This document shows, piece by piece, positions 25,923-35,182 of a stretch of 64,000 nt of DNA. The stretch is from Setoptus koraiensis (lineage: Eukaryota; Animalia; Arthropoda): positions 20,274,001-20,338,000 of the forward strand of contig CM106586.1 in the NCBI GenBank assembly GCA_048013815.1. Reading direction: 5' to 3'. A program made the translations under genes and the position numbers. A model generated the notes under the pieces. That model did not search any database and was not told where the DNA came from. It was given only the letters and a program-made list of their open reading frames with translations. Position 1 is the stretch's first letter; each line of letters begins with the position of its first letter.

Positions 25923-26418
25923 ACGATATTAACGAGGACTCGAGGCGACCGCCCTCGCTGATCGAGTCCAAAAACGCCAGGAAACTGAGATTCATGCCTC
26001 CTCGCACGTTCGACGATGTGCTGCCGGCACTGTTTATCCGCTAATTTGACGCACTCGTATCGGCTCATTTCAGAATTCCGGAGTCACCGGAGTTCATGAA
26101 TTTTTTGGACGAAATATCTATGAGAACTACGCAGCGACAGATTCACACGCGTAAATCATAGCCTCGATGCTAGTACTCATGCAGGCCTCTTTAGAAAATC
26201 ACAAAAAATCTCGAACGAAATGATTGAGCTCAACGATGGATGCTATGGCAATCAATGCGAATAAAAGTAGAGACACTCTGAACAGAAATTTTTGCGATTC
26301 TCGAGAACTTTATTCGATTTTTATTACATGTAAATGTTATGTTATGAAATTTTCGCTATCCGATCGGTTTGGACGTTTGTTGATGGCGCCATCCTGTCAC
26401 TTTTACATTCGCTTATTT

Positions 26419-26619
26419 TTATCCGCTTATTTTTCGACTCGAGCAACTGCATTCACCGTTTCTCATTAAGGACTCATAGCCACGGTTGGCGCAACAATCG
26501 TTACAACAGGAAGTGGATGCACCGCAGTGCTCACAAGCTGCGTCAACGCCTGGTGCAACGGCAACCATTGCCACGGCAAACAAGGCCAAAACCACGATGA
26601 GGGATAATTTTGCTTGCAT
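26419..26619 (-). CDS. Secreted 8-Cys peptide, copy E (66 aa, inverted, chimeric)
   Basis: Mature ACEHCGASTSCCNDCCANRGYESLMRNGECSCSSRKISG; TATAAAA on the minus strand at 26717-26723. Confidence 0.92.
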   Translation of the reverse strand: MQAKLSLIVVLALFAVAMVAVAPGVDAACEHCGASTSCCNDCCANRGYESLMRNGECSCSSRKISG

Positions 26620-26716
26620 TTTGCGATTGGTGGATAGTAAATGTTAGTATCGGATTTGTATGTGGTTGTTGATTGGTTCAATTTTCATTTGTTGCATTAA
26701 CCGAAAAAGCAACCTC

Positions 26717-26723
26717 TTTTATA
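26717..26723 (-). promoter_or_regulatory. TATA box of peptide gene E
   Basis: TATAAAA on the minus strand 104 nt upstream of the ATG, conserved context. Confidence 0.7.
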
Positions 26724-27310
26724 GTGTCCGGGAGAAGTGAGAGAGCAGTTTTTTCAGACGAGTTATTTTCAGAGTCAGACGTGAGCAAAACAAGGGTCTA
26801 GACTCACTAGAAGAATTTCATCGCAAACAAAACACGTTACCAGTATCTTTTGGTAACATTTGTTTGTCGTTTGTCCCAAATGTATCATTGATTCATTGTC
26901 TGAAATTCCGCGAATATCATGGTGAGCTAAGAATAGCCTTCACTGACAGCTTAAAAACATCCATTGGTTCGAAACTTTTGTAACTAGGCAAATAGTTGTT
27001 TACAACTGGCCGATACCAACAAACGATGGGACGATAACAACATCGTCTATGAATAGATTCAAGGACTGTTTACGCGTTTCATGAATATGCTTGCCGGTGT
27101 CCCGTGTGCGACCTAGCACGATAGCAACTTTTTTACCTTGTACATTGTCAGATCTAAGGACGATAAAAACTATCGCGTCTAAACTGATCCAGCTGGCCCC
27201 TATGTATGATACGAGCGCCTATAACTATGCAAATATTATTGAGATTCGATATTCACTGGGTATGGGCGTTGAGCGGATGCCAAGTCGTCTAGAACTCGTC
27301 CGCTCATCTC

Positions 27311-27810
27311 NNNNNNNNNNNNNNNNNNNNNNNNNNNNNNNNNNNNNNNNNNNNNNNNNNNNNNNNNNNNNNNNNNNNNNNNNNNNNNNNNNNNNNNNNN
27401 NNNNNNNNNNNNNNNNNNNNNNNNNNNNNNNNNNNNNNNNNNNNNNNNNNNNNNNNNNNNNNNNNNNNNNNNNNNNNNNNNNNNNNNNNNNNNNNNNNNN
27501 NNNNNNNNNNNNNNNNNNNNNNNNNNNNNNNNNNNNNNNNNNNNNNNNNNNNNNNNNNNNNNNNNNNNNNNNNNNNNNNNNNNNNNNNNNNNNNNNNNNN
27601 NNNNNNNNNNNNNNNNNNNNNNNNNNNNNNNNNNNNNNNNNNNNNNNNNNNNNNNNNNNNNNNNNNNNNNNNNNNNNNNNNNNNNNNNNNNNNNNNNNNN
27701 NNNNNNNNNNNNNNNNNNNNNNNNNNNNNNNNNNNNNNNNNNNNNNNNNNNNNNNNNNNNNNNNNNNNNNNNNNNNNNNNNNNNNNNNNNNNNNNNNNNN
27801 NNNNNNNNNN
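27311..27810. other. Assembly gap (N run; right edge 27810-27830, approximate)
   Basis: Run of N after 27310; sequence resumes as CCGCGAGC, homologous (inverted) to ~23650. Confidence 0.95.
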
Positions 27811-28471
27811 CCGCGAGCTTACACTACAGGCAGCTGAGCAGTGCTAGAATGGGCTTGTTCAATGGGGCTCGCACTCTGTAGAAGATGGTCGTTTGGCTGA
27901 GAAACAGAATAATGTCCCGTAAATCACTAAGATTTACGATTGAGCCCTGTGATCTCTGGAACGATTTATTCGGGCTCCATTGTGGAGCAGTTTCGCTGGC
28001 GAATATCACGTTGCCACTTTCGAGCCAACGTTACCAAGGTGGCTCCCATGGTGAAGTTTACATTTTCCAGCTTACATTTTCCAGCGGGCACCCACTAACA
28101 AGGTAACCCGTTTTCACTTGTAGCCTACAAGTTGTAGGCAAAAGATTTGTGCCGATATTTTCTACTTGTTCGAATACGAGTTTGCTGCTACACTCGCAAT
28201 GGCGCTGTGCCGTCTCGATATTTTGCCGGGGATCAGTCGAGTCTAGCTGTTGTGTGTTGTTGTTCAGTAATTCGTCAGTAATTGAAATATCCAGTGTTGT
28301 TATTTGATACCGAGCAATGATCGCTGTGGCGATGCGTTGTCGTTTCACGCCGAGCTGAAGATTGCCAGTCGAGTGTCCAACGGTGTATTTCACTTGGCAC
28401 AATTTTCGCAACAGCTCGGCCCACTCTCGCATTGGCATGGCGAAAGATTCGCCAAGGGTTCGATCGATACA

Positions 28472-31087
28472 ATGTTGAAAATCAGCCTACAACTGCATTT
28501 AACTGTGTTGTGTCTGGCGACAGTAGCGATTTTCGCACAGCCGGAAGCGCCAGCCTCAGAGTGGCAGAAAGAGGCGCCGGCGAGCGCCGACGAGGCCATT
28601 GAAGCCATTGAAGAGGCTGCGCATTTGCCCGACGACTCGCCCGACCATCGGGCCGACGATCGGGCCGACCATTCGCCCGACCATCGGGCCGACGATCGAG
28701 CCGACGATTCGCCCGACCATCAGGCCGACGATTCGCCAGTATCGCTCGGACAGAGATCGGGACTGGGGTTGCTAGGACGAAAGAGCAGAAAATCGAGCAG
28801 AAAATTGAGCAGAAAATCGAGCAGAAAATCGATCAGAAAATCGATCAGAAAGTCGAAAAGAATATCGTATCTCGACGCGCTATCGGGCCGAAGGGTCAGG
28901 CAACAGGAGGCCAGTGAGCCCGCAAAGAGGCTCAATTTTCACCAAGTGAAATTTTTATTGTACTGGAATCGGGGCAGAGATAAGTGCATCATTGAAGGCA
29001 TTCCCAATGAGCACAAACTACACGAGACGTGTCCCCATTTCCAGTGCGCCCGTGGGCGAGTGGCCGTCATAACTCACGGCATGACTACCATTCCTTTCGG
29101 TAGGGCCCATGCAAGACTGCGACCAGGTGAGATAGGAGATCTCATTGCCAGCTTCGACAGCGCGATCTATTTTGATTGGACGCCCCTCAGCTGGATTATT
29201 AATTATTGGGACGTCATTAGACAAAGAGAAGAAATAGGCAATTTTGTAGGCGATTTCCTGATACTGTTGCGCAAGAAAAAAGAACTTAAAATACGCTGGC
29301 TCCACCTAATGGGCTTCAGCATGGGCGCCCACATAATGGCGCACACGTCGCGTTATCTCAAGCGAGTGCTAGATCGGGAAGACCCACTTGGCAAGCACCT
29401 AGTGGAAACTTTGACCGCTTTGGACGCGGCCGCACCGTTCATTCAGACCGGACTCATCAACCTGGCCGATGCCCGAGCGGTGCAAGGGCTACACACTAGC
29501 ACGCCTCTGGGCGTCTCGGGGCCCTTCGCTCATTACGACTATTATCCCAACGGGGGTAACGACCAACCAGGATGCTTTAATATAATCGGCCCCATAAGGA
29601 GCCGTGAGTATTGCCATTCCGAGAATAATATACTCATCATGCCACATATTGTGTCACACAATTCATTTATCACTTATTTGTATTCGTGGGCCTCTTCGAC
29701 AGCCTGCAACCACGCATTCGCGGTTCCCTTGTTTGTGGAAACGAGCCAGCAAACTCCTGAGAGCCTTTGCCATTTTGTAGGATATCAGTGTGACAATTAC
29801 GAAAAATATCTCGCCGGGTTAGTGCTCGTCACCATCATCATTGGTGCATCGTCGTTGTGCCGCTCGACGCTGCGCCATCAACATGAATCCGCTCAACATC
29901 GCTCTCAACATCGCTCTCAACATCGCTCTCAACATCGCTCTCAACATCGCTCTCGACATCGCTCTCAACATCGATCCTCTCGAAAAAAATTCATCCCACA
30001 TGAGATACTCTCAACACGAATCTCCTCTTTCGCCTCTCATATGCACACCTGATCAACGTTATCAACATGGCCTCTCAGCGAGTGCAACAAATGCGCCCGG
30101 ATCAATAAAAAATCGCAGGACTGCCACAGACTCTCCATGGACCCCTCAGTTGACCATTCCAACGCCTTGCATATTAGCCAGAAGATGTTCTTTCGAGCCA
30201 ACCCGGCGCCTGGAATGTGCTGTGAGTTTGCTGTTGCCTTCCAAGATTTGACGAAACTCAATCGAACTCTGTCTCATTTTTTGTCCATTTATCCCCCAAA
30301 CCACCCATAATATACGCCACGCAAATCTGCCACCACTCAGTGCCAACTTATCACATCGTGTTGGTCCCTATACGCAGACCAGAGAATCCCCCGCATTCAA
30401 TAACTGGATCATTCGAAGTTGATATAAAGCTCATGTCCGGTTCGCGAACGTTTGATTTTCCCTTCAGAGTTACATCGGGCTACAAAGCGGTGAAGGGATT
30501 GATTTCATTGAGGTGAGCACACAGACTGATAATATGCACACAGCAAAAAATTGTTTCCCATAATTTGATATTTGTCTCTTGCGAACAACATGTGCGAAAA
30601 AGAGTTCATAACTGGCTTCAACATTTATCTGACACTTCAACATTTATCTGACACGCACCCGACATATATCCGACACATATCCGACACATATCCGACACAT
30701 ATCCGACACATATCCGACACATATCCGACACATATCCGACACATATCCGACACAAATCTGTGTCCATGTTCAGGGAAAACAAAGGCATCCCAGTTGTGTT
30801 CGATAAAGTTAACGTGTGCAGCCCAGAATATCGAAACTGCGGGGCTTACGAATTCTCTTCCTTTAATGTCAGCTACATGAGTCATTCGAATCATAGGTAA
30901 GTCGGCAGTTTGAGATGAGTCTGGCGATTCCTTTTGTAGCTCAGTATCTTACAACAGATTATCTTTTGTCATCACCATAATCAGCGTACGCGAGCAGTAC
31001 TCGGTTCAATTCGGAAAGAACGGGAAAAAATTCGAGCGGCAAAAAGAAGTCGAGCAGCAAAAAGAAGTCGAGCAGCAAAAAGAATGA
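28472..31087 (+). CDS. Secreted pancreatic-lipase-family lipase/phospholipase A1 with PLAT domain; exons 28472-29603, 29703-29817, 30079-30221, 30341-30512, 30774-30896, then 30958-31087 (or alternative 32047-32110)
   Basis: Signal peptide MLKISLQLHLTVLCLATVAIFA; GFSMG nucleophile, LDAA Asp, HTS, PNGG..QPGC, CNH His. All predicted GT-AG junctions are phase-compatible; PLAT-like C-terminus with YMSH motif. Confidence 0.85.
29891..29973 (+). repeat. 12-bp minisatellite (CATCGCTCTCAA)n in a lipase intron
   Basis: About seven tandem copies inside intron 29818-30078. Confidence 0.9.
30650..30752 (+). repeat. 11-bp minisatellite (CCGACACATAT)n in a lipase intron
   Basis: About nine tandem copies inside intron 30513-30773. 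Confidence 0.9.
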
Positions 31088-32315
31088 CGCGGCATGAGGA
31101 CCGACCGGCCAACTATCCGAGGAAAAGGCCGCGACAATTGGTAGCCATGTTTCGCCAACAAGTGATCCATGACACCGTACGCGTAATAAAACAGTCAGCG
31201 AGTTCAATTAAAACGAGATATAAATATAATGTAATATGTATATATCATTATGCACTTGATGATGATACTCATGACGGCCTCTTTCGAGCGCAGCGACGGA
31301 CGCTACGGCAAACAATGAAAAGAAAAGTAGACACACTGGGCACAAATATTTGCGATTTTCGATGAGTTTCGATTCGATTTTTATGACATGTGATTGATAA
31401 CGGTCTTGACATTTGTTGATGGCGCCATCCTATCCACTTTTACGTTCAATTAGGGAAAGATAAGATTCAAGCAACCGCATCTAGATTTTATCCTATCGGC
31501 TTCCATTCCATGCTTCGCGCAACAATCATCGCAGCAGCTCGATGATAAGCAGTCTTCACAAAGTGCATCGACACCTGGTGCGACGGCAACCATTGCCACG
31601 GCGAACAAGGCCAAAACGACGATGAGGGATAATTTCGATTGCATTTTGCGAATTAATTCGTAAAAAATAAGATGTCAGTGTTGAATTCGTGTGTGGTTGT
31701 TGATTGGTTCAATTTTCATCTGTTGAATCAACCGGAAAAAGCATAGTGTTCGATCAATCTAGCATCGAGCAATCTATAGTGTTCGGGAGAAGCGAGCGAG
31801 CATTTGTTTCAGACTAGTTATTCTCTGACAATCTGATGTATTTACAATGGTAGAGACACACTAGGAATTGCATCGCAAACAAAACACGTCACCATTATCG
31901 TTGGCTTGTTGCTTCTGCCAAATGTATCACTGAGCCATTGTTTGCAATGACACGAATGCCATAATGAGCTAAGAATAACCCCACTCGCAACTCGAAATCA
32001 TCCATAGGCGATTCTTTTTGTATCTCAGTATCCGTTCTTGCAACAGATTATCTTTTGTCTGCACTACCAACTGCATGGACGCAACTAATCAGCGACCAGT
32101 TCTCGGTTGAATTCGGACACAACAAGAGAAAAAAGAAATCGGCTCGGGATAAGCAAACATCCGATGAAACGGAAACGCGAAATGCGGCCCCGCGAGTCGT
32201 GTTGCGCCAACAAGTGATCGATGACACCGTGCGTGTAATAAAACAGTCAGCGAGTTTAATTGGAACGAGATATAAATATAATGTAATATGCATATTATTA
32301 TACACTTGATGATGG
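30922..32315 (+). repeat. Diverged direct duplication (~30922-31265 and ~32006-32315) flanking peptide gene F
   Basis: Both copies share GGCGATTC..TTTTGTA.CTCAGTATC, CAACAGATTATCTTTTGTC, CGCCAACAAGTGATC.ATGACACCGT and GAGATATAAATATAATGTAATATG. Confidence 0.9.
31450..31644 (-). CDS. Secreted 8-Cys peptide, copy F (64 aa, most divergent)
   Basis: Same signal peptide (one substitution); mature LCEDCLSSSCCDDCCAKHGMEADRIKSRCGCLNLIFP; all 8 Cys and the x13 spacing kept; homologous flanks. Confidence 0.85.
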   Translation of the reverse strand: MQSKLSLIVVLALFAVAMVAVAPGVDALCEDCLSSSCCDDCCAKHGMEADRIKSRCGCLNLIFP

Positions 32316-32425
32316 CACTCGATAGTTGGTTGTTGTGTCGGCTGTTGGCACAACCATGTTGCCCAATCACGTGACACGGAATTATATCAACAAAATTATA
32401 TCGTCCGAATAGTCGTGTGTCCGAA

Positions 32426-34357
32426 CTATTCGCGCGTATTCTTCTCTATCCAGTCCAGATAGTGGCTAGTGCGCGTATAAACGCCCGGGTACCCGGGACT
32501 GCCGCATCCAATTCCGTGCGACACAACCCCGATGATCATGAGCCGCTGATTGGGACCGTCGGACATGAGCGGGCCGCCGCTGTCGCCCTGACAGGCGTCC
32601 TTGCCGCCCTCCTCGTAGCCGGCGCACAAGAACGAATCAGTGATGTTTTTCTTATACACTTGCGAGCATTTGCGATTCTCCCAAACGGGCACGCTTACCT
32701 GGCGCAACTTGGGCGTGGCCTTTCTAAATGTCTGACTCTGGCTCCCGTACCCGATCACGGTGCCGATGACGCCCACGTAAGAGCGGCGCGGCAAGGGCAT
32801 GCACACCGTCTTGTATGTCTCCTGGGCACTCAATGGGGTCTTGAGGCGCATAATTGCAATGTCGCCGCTGTGCGTCTTTTTGCTGTATTCGGCGGGCACC
32901 CGGAACTGATCGACGGCGTAGTCGGGCGACGTCGAGCTGGCACTGTCATCGAAATCGTAACTGCCCAGCCTAATGAGCACGTCGCGCGGCGCCAGACCCT
33001 CGAGGCAGTGCGCCGCGGTCAGCACGTGCCTGTTCGTTATGAGACTTCCGCCGCAGAAGGGCTTCGCCTCGCCATTTGTGGGCCGCGAGCGTATTATGGC
33101 CGCCATCCATTGGAAATAGTCGGGATCGGCCTCTTCGCCGCCCACAATGCGCGTATCGTACAACATTCCGCAAGTGGGCTCGTTCAGTTTGGGTCGGCCG
33201 ATGTCGTCCGCAGATTGCTGGTGCTGGCTGCCGCTGTGACCGGAAGCGCCGCCGCTGTGACCCGAAGCGCCGCCGGGCGGCCTGGGGTTCTGAGAGGAGT
33301 GGGCGTTGTTGTCGTTGAGCAGCGAATTCGTGCTGCTTATGGGCGGGGGCCGGCTGTAATTGTTGTCGTTGGGTTCGTTCACGGGCGGCAACACGTGCGT
33401 ACCGGTGCCGTGTACCGAACTTGAGGACGGTCTCTGGTGGTGCTGCGGCTGACCGATGCTGCCGCCGCTCAGCACGCTCGGCCGCTGCTGGCTGCCCGAC
33501 GAGTGAACGGGGGACGGCGGCCGCGGGTACGGCTCATAGTCGGAGCTGCCCGAGCTGGACACTGACACGGGCCGCTGATGGTTTCCGGTCAGGCCGCCGG
33601 TAACGGGCGGCCTGGAGTGAATGCCGGACGAGCTGCCCGACGAGCTGCTGGTGGTTATGATTGCAATGGCGGAGCCACTGTCGCTGGGCCGCACAATAAG
33701 CGCCGGAATTTGGCTAGATCCCGATTGGCCCAATTGTTCTCTGTGGCGATTGTTGTGTCCGCTGTCGGTTTGTATGGCGATGGTCACTATTTGTTGTGCG
33801 GGCTTCCTGTTGCCAATGCTGCTGCTGCTGGCACCGATGTTGTCCGAGTCATAACTGGACTGCAGCTGAGAGACAGAGGGCAACCTGTTGTTGCTGCTGC
33901 TGCTACTTCCGGTCAGCGGCGAATTGTTGTTGGAGTCGAAGCCGCGGTCAATATTGTCGCTGTCTTGCGTATTGATACTGATGAGCAGACGCTCCTCTTC
34001 GGCGTAGGCGGGCGTCGTAGTGCTGGTCGTTCTGAGGCTCGACTGGGCCGGCTTGCGGTTGCGGCTCACGGTCGGACTGTCGCCGTCCGTCTGATACGAA
34101 GATCCGTATTGGTTGTTGTTGTTGTTGTCCGCTTGCGTGTTTGAGCTGGCCGACGAGTACGACGATTCCGACGAGTCCGTGATCACATTTGTTGACTTGG
34201 GCGGTTTGTAGTTGGCGCTGCTGCTCTCGTAGACGGGATTTTGGTGCGAATCATTGATTGTTGTCGTTGCGATGAGCGCCGCCGCGAGCAGCAGCGACAC
34301 GACAAGCCTCGCCGACATTGTTGCCCGTGGCGCCGCCTCGTTTGTGCTCGCTGCCAT
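32426..34357 (-). CDS. Secreted trypsin-like (S1A) serine protease zymogen with a long Ser-rich N-terminus, intronless
   Basis: Signal peptide; CG...R|IVGG activation site; TAAHC, DIA, GDSGGP triad; DAC with Asp189 (trypsin specificity). Confidence 0.93.
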   Translation of the reverse strand: MAASTNEAAPRATMSARLVVSLLLAAALIATTTINDSHQNPVYESSSANYKPPKSTNVITDSSESSYSSASSNTQADNNNNNQYGSSYQTDGDSPTVSRNRKPAQSSLRTTSTTTPAYAEEERLLISINTQDSDNIDRGFDSNNNSPLTGSSSSSNNRLPSVSQLQSSYDSDNIGASSSSIGNRKPAQQIVTIAIQTDSGHNNRHREQLGQSGSSQIPALIVRPSDSGSAIAIITTSSSSGSSSGIHSRPPVTGGLTGNHQRPVSVSSSGSSDYEPYPRPPSPVHSSGSQQRPSVLSGGSIGQPQHHQRPSSSSVHGTGTHVLPPVNEPNDNNYSRPPPISSTNSLLNDNNAHSSQNPRPPGGASGHSGGASGHSGSQHQQSADDIGRPKLNEPTCGMLYDTRIVGGEEADPDYFQWMAAIIRSRPTNGEAKPFCGGSLITNRHVLTAAHCLEGLAPRDVLIRLGSYDFDDSASSTSPDYAVDQFRVPAEYSKKTHSGDIAIMRLKTPLSAQETYKTVCMPLPRRSYVGVIGTVIGYGSQSQTFRKATPKLRQVSVPVWENRKCSQVYKKNITDSFLCAGYEEGGKDACQGDSGGPLMSDGPNQRLMIIGVVSHGIGCGSPGYPGVYTRTSHYLDWIEKNTRE

Positions 34358-35087
34358 TCGAAGCTAACCGCCGATTCTCACTCTCACAAATTCTCGCCGA
34401 TTCTCACTCTCACAAATTCTCGCCGATTCTCACTGATTTTCACTGATGCTTGCTGATGCTTGCTGATGCTCGCTGATGCTTGCTGATTCTTGGTAATTCC
34501 GGTTCGGGCTGGGCCCAGTGGACGATAGTTGTGCAGTAATTGGCCGATCGGCTGATGTGGCGCTGGGGCGCTGGGGCGAACGACGCGGGCGTTAATTGAG
34601 CGTGAATTATTGGTGTTGCCAATTGTCAGCGGGCACAATTTCAATTAGAGGGCCATTGTGTCAATTGATTGATTCGTTGATTATTGGTCGGTGTGCGTAG
34701 CGTTGTCAGCGCGGGACGGGCACAAATGACACGCAACTAATACGATGATAATATGTAATTATTTAATTATTATTAATTATAATTGGTGATACGAGCAGGG
34801 CGACGACGCTCGCTACGACGGCAAGCGGCAGACTCGGCTCGGTGGTTAGGTTGTCGCAAGTCTAACTTAACATACACACACTCATAGACAGTTTCAGTAT
34901 CTGGCAGCAGATCGAGCAGCACAATCGATATTGTTGTTGTCGCGGTGCTGCCATCATCGTCGCAGTCTTATGTCTCCCATCGCCACCAGCAAGCTGCTCG
35001 AGAGACTAGCAAGCCCACACAAGCCGCCGCCGAGCCTCTGCTATCTCGCCAAACAATCTCGTTTCGTCGTCTTGCCAGCGACTAACG

Positions 35088-35182
35088 AACGAGCCAACGA
35101 CTAACGAACGAGCCAACGACTAACGAACGAGCCAACGACTAACGAACGAGCCAACGAACGAACGAAAGAACGAACGAACGAA
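35088..35182 (+). repeat. 19-bp tandem repeat (GACTAACGAACGAGCCAAC)n grading into (AACG)n
   Basis: About four copies. Confidence 0.85.

Larger units (their letters stand above)
20065..27940. repeat. Array of ~1-1.4 kb duplicated units carrying peptide genes A-D (direct) and E (inverted)
   Basis: Shared non-coding blocks (TTATTCTTAGCTCA, AATGACTCAATGATACAT, GACTCTGAAAATAACTTGTCTGAAAAA; 3' GGATAGCGAAAATTTC, AATCGAATAAA) recur around each copy. E's upstream region is the reverse complement of D's (~23580-24410). Confidence 0.92.

Noticed and set aside
28058-28438. 126-aa minus-strand ORF upstream of the lipase
   Set aside because: No recognisable motif; it overlaps the lipase promoter region and cannot be supported.
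29604-30052. Long lid and QHRS-repeat C-terminus of the 582-aa lipase ORF
   Set aside because: Read-through of two introns (29604-29702 and 29818-30078); the upstream TTG start at 28304 is also unlikely.
32417-33424. 335-aa plus-strand ORF
   Set aside because: Antisense shadow of the GC-rich serine protease.
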